Assembly (NCBI GenBank): GCA_002633005.1
Contig: NMRA01000004.1
Span: 1,420,799 to 1,484,798, forward strand
Direction of reading: 5' to 3'
Length of the DNA stretch: 64,000 nt
Source of the DNA: Phoronis australis
Taxonomy: Eukaryota > Animalia > Phoronida
Positions 1 through 12,416 of the stretch are shown piece after piece. A program made the position numbers and the translations under genes. Below the pieces are notes generated by a model that did no database searches, was not told where the DNA came from, and saw only the letters and a program-made list of their open reading frames with translations. Positions within the stretch are counted from its first letter, which is position 1; every line of letters starts with the position of its first letter.

Positions 1-171
1 GTGGGGTGGTATGAAATGAGTGGGGTGGTATGAAATGAGTGGGGTGGTATGAAATGAGTGGGGTGGTATGAAATGAGTGGGGTGGTATGAAATGAGTGGG
101 GTGGTATGAAATGAGTGGGGTGGTATGAAATGAGTGAGATGGTATGAAATAAGTAAGATAATATGAAGTGA
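1..171. repeat. 19-bp minisatellite (GTGGGGTGGTATGAAATGA)n, about 7 perfect plus 2 degenerate copies, truncated by the window edge
   Basis: Direct reading: exact 19-nt period to about 133, then decay. Confidence 0.95.
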
Positions 172-594
172 CGTTTAGATTTCATAATAGACATGTGCCT
201 TGTGTTTATTGCTTTTTGCGACCTGTTCTCGTAATCGTTAGCCATGTGTCGTTTTATTTTTGTTTGAAGATGAGACATGACCAGTCTCAAAATAAAGCCG
301 TCATTTTGACAGAAATTACGTCTTGTGCTCCACAGAATGATTAAATCTCCTTGAAGCAGAGGCGCAAAGTCTCTGAGAATATACACACAAAGTTACTACC
401 TGGATGAACCTTTATTCACCAGATGTGAGTGGTCACGCAAGACCGTATTTCTGTCTTAAGTCTTTAATCACTTTCACGAAACGGACCCTTGGTGATCTCT
501 ATTGTTGTATTTTGGAGGATCGACAAATGAATGGTGAGTTTGAGAGAGCGTCCATCAAAATTGTAAACAGACAGACAACATTGTCGTGCGCATA

Positions 595-1088
595 GGCTAT
601 GTAGGACCTTATAATAAAAATGTCTAAATTTGAGCTTCATGCCTCAGACTTGGCTGATTGGATTCATATGAAACTTTCAGATACTATGTTTTATATACTG
701 TTCTCCAAAACGCTTTTAGTAATTGTTTTTAAAATGGTCCATTTTTACATGAGGGGGCCATCAAAAAATAGAATTTTCATGATTTTCAAGGAAAAATCTA
801 AAGTTGTAAAAAATGAAAATGTAATGACAATTTAAAAAACTGTAATAGCATTTTTGAGATTTCTTCTTGAATATTTATCTCGTGTTATTGATACTGTTGT
901 TTTGTTATGAATGTTCATTTATGTTTGCCAACTTTTACTAAAAAGACTTGGTCACATGACCCAATTAATGGCAGATTGGTAAAATGTCAAAAATCAAATT
1001 CTTCTTTCAGAAAGTTTATACTTTTACTGAGTTAAAGTCTATAGTTTTGTACGTGTACGCAAACTTGTCAGTGAGGTCCTACATAACT
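595..1088 (+). mobile_element. MITE family A, ~490 bp, short TIRs, TA-flanked
   Basis: GGCTATGTAGGACCTTA at the left end is inverted to TGAGGTCCTACATAACT at the right end. The internal sequence recurs at 47019-47499 and, inverted, at about 53500-53800. Confidence 0.8.
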
Positions 1089-2814
1089 TAATAAGAACTG
1101 TTGACAGACAAAAATGTTGTGTGATTATCCACTTCTCTGTGCTCAAGGGAGCCTATTGTCAAGCCATTCTGATTTGAAAAATATGTGCACTTTGGAAATT
1201 GGGGTATTTACAACATCATTAATGATTAATTCTTGTTAAATACCGAGACAGTATGGTCCTGCGAATCTTGTTATAATCATGGATTTCTCATCTGTGCTGC
1301 CGTTGTACATGCCCGGTTTCTTAGTGCTGATGTCAATGTTACAAAATGTGGTGAATTCCTTTTCCCGTTTCTAAATGTCGCTTTCGAAATTCCATGCTCG
1401 ACATCTTGTTTTGATTTCCAACCCACAATGCAAATCCACGTAAAGCGCATTTTTCATTTGTCGTTTTTTCGCTGACTAACTTTAATTGGCCAATCCCGAA
1501 AGGGGAAGCCTGGTTTCCAAATTCTATCACATTCTAGTACTTACAATAGGTCTTGTTAGTCGCAACTTGAACTCTTGACAACTCCTGTCATTTACCGCAT
1601 TTACTACTCAGAACTCACTTCATGCTGATAATTTGAAGGTACTTTTTCTGGACGGTTTCTTTAAAGCAACCATTTTTATGCCTTAAAAGTAGGCAGAATA
1701 ATAGTAACTGCGTAACCGTTATGATTGGTCGTTTTCATACCCTGAAGACAGCGTAAAAATGCTACAAATATGCCTTCTCTCCAAAAAAATTACTTACTGC
1801 ATGCCATTACGATCGTAAAACGAATCTTAATCTCTGCCTCATTAAGATTAGTGATTTCTGAGCTTAGGAAGCGCCAACACGTTTGTCCTATTGCTGAATG
1901 CCATGCTTCGCAAATAAAAGGCTAGTTAGATCAAACCGGCTTTACTTAGTGAGCACGCAACAATGAACCCATATTTCTTGCCACAACCTGATATCACTTG
2001 TAAACTGACAAAGGAATTGACAAAGGATAACTCGCAAGAACAGGGCGGCTAGGGTGAACAGCCGGCGTCATCTATACGTCATGATTGTCTAACAGATTGT
2101 GTGTCAATAGCAGTATGAAAAATTTTATCTCTCAGCATACACGGCCAAATCATAGTTGGTTTTTGGGTAACTTGATAGCACATTGTTTTTTCTCATTCCT
2201 CACAAAAATCAAAATGTCTGAGACTGATGTTTGTATGTTTAATTGTAGCCACCGCCACCAGGGTGCATGCCCAATGCTGCGCAAATGGCCGCTGCTCAGG
2301 GACACAATGTGGTCATGTCTCAACAGAAGGGTGGTTTCCTTTCCGGCACTGGTGATGGAGGATATACTGTGTGGTAAACTGTCTTTGGCGAGGCTTGGCG
2401 ATTATTATTGAGATTGTATTAGTTAAATACCGTAGTAAGAAATTCACATTGATTAATTTTATGATTAGTACATAATCTTTGCTCATGAAGCCGTCCATTT
2501 AATACCACCAGGATTTCCAATCACTGTCTATGGTGAGAATGATGGGTATGCTGTCAATTTTGAAATTAATGGTATTTCCTTTAATTGGCATTGTGGGAAT
2601 TCCAACTTAAGAGGTGCGTTGTCATTTTTTCCTTGGTTTAATTGGTTGGCTTCATTCAGTCCCTGTAAAAGTTGCTGTTACTCCAGTTACGCATACCGTC
2701 TGATGTTGCACCAGCAGGTTGACTCCATGAATGTGGAAATCTGCTATGTGTTTCCAAATGGCTTGAGATTTTCCAACTAATTTTGTTTGAAGTATCGTGA
2801 TTAAAGACTTGGAT

Positions 2815-3159
2815 TACGCAACATTTTTGGCAAGGAAAGTAAAGTTTACCAAAAGTTACAGTAGTGTGGAATCCAATCTACTAGCCCCGCAGTTGCAGCC
2901 GAATGCTCTGCCGCTGAGCCAAATCTCATGCGTTTAATGGTTGAGTATGTTGAGCGCATATAAATGGTAAACACACCTGCTTTGGTTTCTCTAATGTCTG
3001 ACAGACAATGGCGAGAACTGCCAATTTGTAAAAGGATCACAAAAAGGACGGATTTTCTTGTTTTATAGTTCTAATCAGAACTAATAACTTCAAGAATACT
3101 ATCTCACCCAACAGTAGTCCCCAAAATGTGTTTTTGGCCATAAAACGGACTGTGTCCCT
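2815..3159 (-). mobile_element. MITE family B (TTAA-flanked, Kolobok/piggyBac-like), reverse copy; left boundary approximate
   Basis: Ends CCCT|TTAA. Reverse complement aligns by eye with 10654-10928 and 18411-18975. Confidence 0.7.
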
Positions 3160-5741
3160 TTAAAAGTGTTTCGTCTGCTTCAACTTTGCCATTTTGTGAT
3201 TAGTTGTAAATGTTCCTGAGCTTCAGTTAATGTTATGAACCACAGCAAAGGATTGTTCATTAGTCATTATCACCCATGTACATCAGGTTTGATAACAGTC
3301 CATGATTAAGGTTTTATATAGTATCCTTTTTATATTGAAATCGCTGCTTGTTAGTAAGGATGAATTGATTTTTGTCAAGTTGTTCAAGAGTGTCGCAGGG
3401 TTTGGTGCAAAGTAATTGATGACTCGTTATTTGTTTTTCATAAATCTTTGTAAGTGTTATTCTTTCTTAAATGTGACATGTCTGAGATTTGAATACTTAG
3501 ACTGTCAAAGTGAGTGCGCTATTTATGTATGTGCCATCAATTCATGCCATGAGAATAGCATTTACAGACCTTGCTACACCAAGACTAGCCTAGGCGAGGT
3601 GCTGTACCCCAGCCAAGTAGAAGTCAAGCCTATTCATGAAGACATGCACAAGATAATTGAGCATGTAAATCGTTCTTAGAAAATAGTGTGCCTGTAATTA
3701 TTTTCATCAGGCTAGGTTTATTGCATTGGTAATGCCTAGGGTATGGTATTGCACTGTCTGTTTGAGATAGGGGGTGAGTGGGCTGTAATTTGTAAACGCA
3801 ACTTATAAGTCATGAAGGATCACTGTTGCACCAAAAAGATAGTAGTTTTCAAAAAAAGTAGACGAGTTTCATCAATATTTGTCCAGTTTATAGCGACCCC
3901 CCCCCCAAAAAAAAAGACAAAAATTACATAAGTTATCAAAACTTAAATTGTTTTGAAATTCCTCCAATTTTCAACTAGAAGAAAGATAGTTAACTTTATA
4001 CTGAAAACTGCTGTGAGGAAAGTGCCTTTCTATGGTGATGTAGTCCAAAAACTGCAGATATCTGAAATCTTCCCGCCTACATGTATGTGTGAGGGTACTG
4101 ATGACGACGCATCTTCCCGATGAAGACGATTCGACAATGACGCAGATATCTGAAATCTTCAGTCACATCCAGAACCACAGCCTTCACTCCCGCCAGCAGT
4201 TTTTGTGTGCGTCAGTTGTCTGTTTAATGTAATTGAATTCAAACTCAGTGAATCATGCAATGAAGGGTTTATGGCTTTCTCCCTGTTGATTGAATTCATT
4301 GTCAGGGATTTGATTGCGAGTTTTTTTGATATAAAACATTAGTGTGAGCTTTGTCCAAAAGAAGTCACTGTTATGTCTCTTGTGATGAAATAAGGGATTT
4401 ACTTAAATAACTTGTTGGGCAATGACCAGTAAGAACCCCAAGATTTGTGTGTCCTTGCAGTACCTATATATACAAGCACTCATCTTTGAAACATTCCTGT
4501 ATACTTAGTTAGATTTCATCTCACATATCTGCTTGATACTAATGGGGAAATTATTATTTTATTTAAAATTGTCCCTATGCCATATGGTGTGAAAATATTT
4601 ATATAACAAATGTTGTAGGGATTATGAATTAATAAATTTTAATGCTTATCAATGAATTTGCTTTATTTATTGTTTATCACTTGGGAAACTTCTCTCATCC
4701 TTGACTTGGTCCATAATATCAATTTCTTGATCCATATCTGTAAAATATCTCTCTAGGTTTGGTTCATATTTCTATGTTACTGACTGAGAGGAAGACGCCT
4801 AGCCATCAACGTGGATTTGAAATATAATTTGCCTCTGGCCTTGCAGCATGTTCTGAGAAGAACACTCCTACTGACCTGATAGTCGGCTTTCACAAACATG
4901 ACTTGAAGCGTATATAAACACAATTCCATCTCAGAAACGAACTTTTGGTTTACACCGCTTACTGTTCTGAAGCTGGTCTCGAGTTGGAAAGGTTTTGGCG
5001 CTTCAAATGAGCTGACTGCTATTGCTCGAGATTGCATGGTCTCAACTGATAATGAAATGTCTCTTATTTACAAACATAGACATCACCTCTCACCTAAGAA
5101 AGGAGCAAATTGAGACCAATTTTATATCCGTAACTGGTCTAAACGGAAACATCATTTTGTTTTTGGTATTGCCACTTTAATTTTACACCCTTTCCACGTG
5201 TTACAAGAGGTATAGCAAGCATGAAGAGATCCTGTAACGCGACTTCTGCCTCCATACACTTATCTGAAACAAAATAATGCTCTGTAACCCACGGCAAACC
5301 TCAGAAGTTAGGAGGAAATTTGAAAACTCCTTTCAAAGTCTGCTAAAGAGGCAAGCGTGACCTACGCGTTTGACGAATTACAGACGGCAACTGTGGGAGA
5401 CTAACCCACCATGAGTTTTTAGTTGATTCCAGTGACAGAACGAGGGTTGGTTGAATTCATCAAAACAAGGCTTAGTGAAACGGAGTTACATTCGGACATT
5501 CCGATTCGAGCTGATGTTGAGAAATGCAGCAGAATACTGCTCTATGTATCGATTAAAAGTACCTAGACCTTGTGGCTTGCAGGTGCTGCAACCACAAAAA
5601 CAGAAAATGCATTACTCAGAAGTTCGTGTTATTTGACATAGGTAAGATTACAAGGCGTCAAACTAAGTAAAGCGGTTCATTATATTTTTCGGCTCATTCC
5701 CATACCATATGTGAACGACAAATGTTTAATTCAAGACATGC

Positions 5742-8700
5742 TAGACAGGCAACCCAGAGCACTTGGCATAGATGAACGAGGAACCAACAACTGACCATAT
5801 AGGAGCACGTAGAGTCCACCTCAGTATATACAGAAATGGACGTCTGCCGTTGTTTGCACTCTGGATGTGACCCCTGGGGACCTTACAAGGGGGCCAAAAA
5901 TGAGCTAGATTAGATATTCGAAGTACAGGCCCAAACTGATTTAAAACGGACAATAGTACCGCACTGAACACCGAATGACCCATGACAGACAAAATGCANC
6001 CTTCCCAAAAAATGAGCTAGCTCAAGTATTCGAGGTACCACCTGACAAAACCAATTCCATGTGATTCAATACATGTCACTGATCGCTATATGACCCATGA
6101 CAGACAAAATGCACTCTGGGTTGTGCCCGCCAGAAATCCCCCAAAATGTCAACCACGGTAGGCCAATGCCATTGAAAATTTGAGCTAGATTAGATATTCA
6201 AGGTTCCAGCTAAAACTGATTTAAAACGAACAATAGCACCGCACTGAACACCGAATGAATCATGACAGACAAATTGCAGCCTGGAAAGGGTCCGCCAGAA
6301 ACCAAGAAAAAGGACCCCCCCCCCAAAAAAAAATTAATGAGCTAGCTCATACATTCGAGGTACCACAAATAACCAATTCCATGTGATTCAATACATGTCC
6401 TTGATCACTATATGCCCCATGACAGACAAAATACACTCTGGGTTGTGCCCGCCAGAAATCCCAAAAAATCTCAACCACGGTATGCCGAGGTACCGGTTGA
6501 CTTAAACCATTAATCGTGCCGCAATGAACACCGGATGACCAAATTGTGCTGTGGAAACGGTCCGCCAGAAACTAAGAAACGACGCCCAAAAATGAGCTAG
6601 CTCGACATTCATTCGAGGTACCACAATAAACAATTCCATGTGATTCAAATAGAAGTTACTGGTTACTAAATGGCCTGTGACAGACAAAAACCCATTCTGG
6701 TTTGTGCCTGTTAGCCCCAGAAATCTCCGGCAACCACGTAAGTTCTTTTGAAAACGTGTGATATATTAATTAGATAATGAAGATCCCGCTGAAGTCTTGG
6801 CAGAGTGTTGTAGAATCTAGAATTTCGATGAGGAAGGTGCGATCACGTGCTTAGTTTGCAGTTCATGGCGAATTGACTGTATTTCCGTAATACTATCGCG
6901 TCTACTGAACTCTCTTCTTTATAAAAATTAATTATAGGGTTACATTGAGTGCTAAATGGATGGTGGCGGAAAGTAAGCCTGATAACACTAAAACTTTGGG
7001 ATACCACAAACTGCCAAAAAACCAACCCACTGAGTGATGATGCAGCTAGCGTAGAATAATGAGCTATCGAAACTGCCAGCAGGAAAGATATGCTTCAGTG
7101 ACAACACACGGCCCCTAAATTTGCGTTAGATCGAAGAACCATGAAAATGATTTCGAAAGAGCACATTGACTACTAAACAATGCTTTTAATGAAAAGCATC
7201 AGACGTGTTTTTAAAAATCTTCTTTAATCAAAACAAACCAGAAATAGTCATCACAACTCTTTCAAATAGCCACCCGACAATTACAGTAACATCCATGTCA
7301 GAGGCCCTGATCAATGCATTGCCATTTGAATTGGCTAAGTGGAAGGTAAGAAGCGCGTCAACCTCTTGATGGAAACTTCGAGAATCCGGTGTGTTATCAA
7401 CTGCTTTGGTACCACCGTATGAAAGGGGAATACAGTTGTCGCCATGTCAGACACTAAGTGTTTTCTCACCAACAAATCAGTGGTCCATACAGGTCTTTCT
7501 GCCATTCTTGTAGGAGGAAGGTTGCCAAACTCTCTTTAAAATGTCCCGTTCTGCATACCAGGAGTTTTCCAACAAGACATTTTTTAAGTGTTACGTTATT
7601 TTACGCAAAGAAATTACATTTGTTTTAAATGAAAAGTTTAGGCCCTAAAACAGGTGTGTTTAAGTAACTTTGTTATTCTGTAGTATTTATCTATAACTAC
7701 TGTTTTCTGTAGTACTTGACTACGCCCGTGAAATAAAATTTTAAAAAATCACAAGTTTATCTTGTAAAAGAGCCCAATCCAATACTTCGCGTTGTTGATA
7801 GTGTACCGTGTATTTGCCAAATTGCCCCTCTCTGCGGACAGTCCCATTTTTTAATTTTTCCGCTTTTCCGCCACACCATCTAAATGCCTCGCTTTCTGAC
7901 GCACGGCTAAATTGACATATTATCGTATACCGGTACTATTGTAATTTCCCGCTCGACTGAATGGAAAAATCGGGCAGTTTCTCATTACGCTACACAGGTG
8001 CAGGCTTAATCATCACTTAATGGATTGTTTGTTGACAATTCCTCGTATATCAAAGTTTTAGTTTTATTGGGTATTTTTCAAAATGCTTACTTTCCGCCAT
8101 CATCCATTTGACACTCGGTGTGACGCTATTATTAATGTTAAGCAAGGAGAGAGTTCAGTGGACGCGAAAGTAATACGGTAATACAAGAATTCGCCATGAA
8201 CTGCAAACTAAGCACATGATCACAACAGCGTCCTTATAGAAATTTTTGATTCTACGAAAGTCTACAAAGACTTCACCGGGATCTTCATAGATCACACAGT
8301 TTCAACAGAATCACGTGGTTGAGATTTCTGGAGCTGGCGCGCACAACCCAGAATGGGTTTTGTCTGTCACAGGCCATTTACTAACCAGTAATTTCTATTT
8401 GAATCACATGGAATTGTTTATTGTAATACCTCGAATGTATGAGCTAGCTCCTTTTTGGGCGTCGTTTTTGAGTTTCTGGCGGACCCTTTCCATAGGGCAA
8501 TTTGTCTGTCATGTGCCATTCGGTGTTCATTTCGGTAAGATTGTTGATTTTTTAAAATCTGACTTAAAAGTCAGTTTTAGCCGGTACCGCAGATAACTAA
8601 TGTAGCTCCAACTGGCACATAGTGGTTGATATTTTTAGGCATTTCTGGCGGCCACAACTCAAAGTGTATTTTGTCTGTCCATAGACATGTATTCATTCAC

Positions 8701-9329
8701 ACGGAATTGTTTTTGTCGTACCTCAAATGTATGAGCTAGCACATTTTTGGGGATTCTTTTTTGGGTTTCCGACGGACCCTTTCCAGAGTGCAGTTTGTCT
8801 GTCATGGGTCATTCGGTGTTCAGTGCGGTACTATTATTCGTTTTAAATCAGTTTTAGCTGGTACCTCGAATATCTAATGTAGATCAAATTTTCAATGGCT
8901 TACGGTGGTTGACATTTTTGGGGGTTTCTGGCGGGCACAACCCAGAGTGTACTTTGTTTGTCATGTTGCACGTGAATCACATTGAATTGGTTTTGTGTGG
9001 TACCTGGAATGTATGAGCTAGCTCATTTTTGGGGGTCCTTTTTTGGTTTCTGCCGGACCTTTTCCAGAGTGCAATTTGTCTGTCATGGGTCATTTGGTGT
9101 TCAGTGCGGTACTATTGTCCGTTTTAAATCAGTTTTGGCTGGTACCTCGAGTATCTAACTAGCTCATTTTTGGCCACCTTCAAGTTGAAAGGTCCCCAGG
9201 GGTCGCACCTAGAGTGCAGACAACTTCAGACGTCCATTTCTGTATATACTGAGGTGGACTCTAAGTGCTCCTATGATCAGATGTTGGTACCTCGTTCATC
9301 AATGCCAAGTGCTCTGGGCTGCTGGTCTA
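5742..9329. mobile_element. Foldback-type non-autonomous DNA transposon, Academ-like: ~1.25-kb TIRs with internal tandem subrepeats and a ~1.1-kb spacer
   Basis: TAGACAGGCAACCCAGAGCACTTGGCA...TGCCAAGTGCTCTGGGCTGCTGGTCTA. The arms (5742-~6980 and ~8085-9329) are inverted throughout. Subunits are anchored on GAGCTAG. The spacer holds an XPG-like fragment. Confidence 0.85.
7261..7570 (-). pseudogene. Decayed XPG/PIN-like nuclease fragment of an Academ-type transposase
   Basis: Hand translation across frameshifts and a stop: NGTF/KESLATFLLQEWQKDLYGPLI/GEKTLSV*HGDNCI...HQEVDALLTFHLANSNGNALIRASDMDVTVI, resembling the HEEADT...RSxDTDV motif. Confidence 0.7.
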
Positions 9330-10653
9330 TTCGCACCGATACCCACACACTGTGTGGTTTTCATCATCATTTCACATGTTCACTTCCATATAGGTGGCGC
9401 TGGGACAGATTTCTGCCGCCCTCTCTTGTGAAGCGAGAACTATTGCCTACCGTAATTTGAAATCAAGTGTCCATTGAACAAGAACTAGGGAAACTGTTAG
9501 ACTTTTCAGTGAAAGGGCGCCTGTAATAACAATGTCTGAAAACGTTTCCCGTTTTTCTCACCATTCAATAGAGTGAAAGCTCAACAGCTCTCCCGTAACC
9601 ACTTGTGGCATTTGAGAGCTTCGTGATATTGTCGATGATATTGGATGGTAATGTTACATTGTCTTCGAGCGATGAACACGAGACTGTAAATAGCAGTGAG
9701 TACATTTGAAATGGGCCTTTCAACTGTAGGAGTATTTGAGTTAAATGCTTGGCAAAATTAATAGGCTATTTTTCCTAGCTGTGGGCTAGTGTTGAGTCTG
9801 AAGCTGTCCAACCAAACCCAGCAAAAGCAATCATGTTTCTTTGAGATTGGTATTTTCCAGTTACTAATTCTATCCACCTTGCATCGTTTGAGCCCGAATT
9901 ACAGTGGTGTATAAGTACTTGCTACTTGCTAGTTTACATAACAGGACGACATTTACCAGTCAATTAATATGAATGTTTGCCAGATGGTTTTCTCTCAGTA
10001 CTAACTCGCAAGCCGAACCAAAAATCTACCGGCAAATAGTAAAGCGCAAAACCGAATAGGGAAGGCCTCAGTTTTCAAGAAAGTTCATTTTTCCTTGATT
10101 CTTAAATAGAGAAATTAATTCACCTGGCCTCAGAATCTAGAAAGATATGCGTGTGTAGGCCTACTTCTGTACTCGGGTAGTTTCCTCGTTACTTCGCATT
10201 TCGCATTTTACGCATGTATTTAACACGTAAATGACTAAGCAAAATCTTTGGCATTGGCGAATAAAATCGAATCTTACAACCCGAACATTATTTGTTCACA
10301 AGTTACACTAAATTTAGACACCGTCTGCTTTACAGCCTCTGTATGAATGGAAGCCTACGCCGCTGTGAAACTATGAATGAAAGATCATAGGAGTGACTTG
10401 TTTACGCGAGTGTGTCACAAACCCTGCTTTTGATAATATTTTCTTTGCCACATTTACAACTTGCTAGACGATTTTGAAAATTACGCAACTTCTTTTCACC
10501 TTCAGAAGCCATTCATAAATTTCACTTATCGATCGTTGGCAATAAGTTGCGCACGCCTTACTGGCGTTACCATGGTTTGTCAAAATAAGTTAGCGAGCTC
10601 ACAGGAAGTAGTAAAATAAAATGACGATATTTTGCCACGTTTCGCATGTTTAA

Positions 10654-10928
10654 AGAGACATTGTCATTTTCACAACCAAAACGCATTTTTAAAATTATTA
10701 TTTGACCAGAGTTATAAAACAACAAAATCCGTTGTGTCTTAGTGATTTTATTACAATTTACCAACTTTCGTTACTGTCTGCCAGACATTCGCTGAAATCA
10801 AAGCCAGTGCTTTATCTTACCTGCTGTACGCGTGGGATTGGCTTCAGCGGCTGAGCGTTCGCAAATGGGATCAATTCCGCGCAACAGCCAATTTCTGAAA
10901 AGTTGTCTTTCTCGCCGGAAATGTCTCT
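10654..10928 (+). mobile_element. MITE family B, internally deleted copy
   Basis: TTAA|AGAGACATT...AATGTCTCT|TT. Internal similarity to the 18411-18975 copy. Confidence 0.7.
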
Positions 10929-11570
10929 TTGTAGTACTATCATAACTGCGATGTTATTTTCGTGTTCGTTACGTATTTTACTCCCAATAGTTAAACGGAC
11001 CGATCAACAAACATTGAACTGAATAAACAAACCAATTCTGTCCTATAACTCGGTTGCAGTTATCAGGCTAAGTTCAGAGAATTGTTTTTCTTCCTCAGTT
11101 TTAGAATTTAAGGCAGCTTGGACACCAGGTTTACTCAACGACACAAAATACCGGGTGTCCCAAAATGTACAACCAGGGGGTATCATAGCGCCACATGTAT
11201 GGAAACGTTGTCCTGGAATCTTGCGGGTGGACAACACACGGAAATCCGAGCATCAGCGCGAGTGTTGTGGTTAGACTTTCGTAGTATAAATATGGCTCTG
11301 GAACAAGCCACTAAAGAATAGTAAATCATGCTGTCGTTCTGTTTGATGCATTGGGAGCTTGCGTGTGCAAAAAGCACCATACTTGTGTGGAATGCACACT
11401 GTGGATTTACTCTGACAAAATTGTAGCAAATGGAATTCACAGAGGCATTTCTCGACACATGAAGCAAATTGTTACAATTTTCAACACCGACCAATCGGCA
11501 TGTTTAAATGCTGTTTTCTAACCAATTGAAAAGTTTCAATGTCAGTAATTCGTTTTGTTAACTATTGATA

Positions 11571-12416
11571 AATATAGATTATTACATGGCGAAGTCGTTA
11601 TCTCCCGTTATCTAGAGCCCGAGTGGATAGGCCCGAGGGTGATAATTCTACAAAATCCACGAGGGCTCTAAATAAGGAGGATAACGACTGAGAACATGTA
11701 ATAATATATTTTTACCACAATACTGAACGAGATACATTGCAATGAATCGATCTACCTTTCTCGACTCTCCCCGGCTTTGTTACTACTTTCTATGTCAGAG
11801 GCCCGGGGTCGGAGATCGTGACCTTTTAAGAAAAACCGAGCTATTTTTATCAAATAATGCTTTTACTCAAAACCAATCGAAAATTTAAACAAAATAGAAA
11901 TGAAGTGAATCTATAAATTAAGGTTTAGCAAATATTATAGCTTACTACACATTTTATCACGCTAAGCTTCGACCGGGAAAATATCGTCTGCTAGAGTAGG
12001 TTACCACTAGTAACTGAGTATAATGCTCAAGTCAAAGGATCCCGACGACAAGATACCCGCATTCAAATTGGAGATCGGTGATTTACAAGTGAGAGAACAC
12101 AAGAGAAAAATTTCAATGAATTAAAATATCATTTTTATGGAAATTATGCGTCTTATTTTTCATAACGTATAAATGTCGGTACAATGCCCTTTGCTGAACA
12201 TGCGATTGTTGCAGGTGCTCGTTTAAGTATTCTATTTTCTCGTGCGATGGCTTTAGCCGCTGAGTGGTGTAGTGGAAAAGTCGGCGACTCGAAACTCTTG
12301 AGGCCCGGGTTCGAAACCGGCCTCGGTTTCCCGCCAAAATGTTATCTCACTAGTGTGATAACTAAGTGGGTTATTACACGGTTGTAATTGCCATTCGACG
12401 CTAATATTGTGGTATA
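11571..12416. mobile_element. Hairpin-headed non-autonomous element, possibly Crypton-like
   Basis: ~130-nt imperfect palindrome at 11578-11705, inverted TACCACAATA/TATTGTGGTA (11713 and about 12405), and palindrome GTTATCTCACTAGTGTGATAAC (12341-12362). The family name is an inference. Confidence 0.5.
12259..12328 (+). pseudogene. tRNA-like sequence (tRNA pseudogene or SINE head) with Pol III A and B boxes
   Basis: A box TGGTGTAGTGG, B box GGTTCGAAACC, acceptor-like pairing GCTGAG/CTCGGT. Anticodon and T stems are degenerate. Confidence 0.6.

Noticed and set aside
1-171. Telomere or CRISPR array
   Set aside because: The unit is not TTAGGG-like, has no spacers, and the context is eukaryotic.
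4098-4170. Hammerhead ribozyme candidate (CTGATGA...)
   Set aside because: There is no properly placed GAAA after a stem II; at best a decayed retroelement end.
2085-5636. Short ORFs (2085-2411, 3416-3679, 4777-5037, 5451-5636) as exons of a third gene
   Set aside because: I found no recognisable motifs and no consistent splice chain.
12259-12328. Functional tRNA-Ser(CGA)
   Set aside because: The anticodon and T stems do not pair properly and there is no long variable arm.
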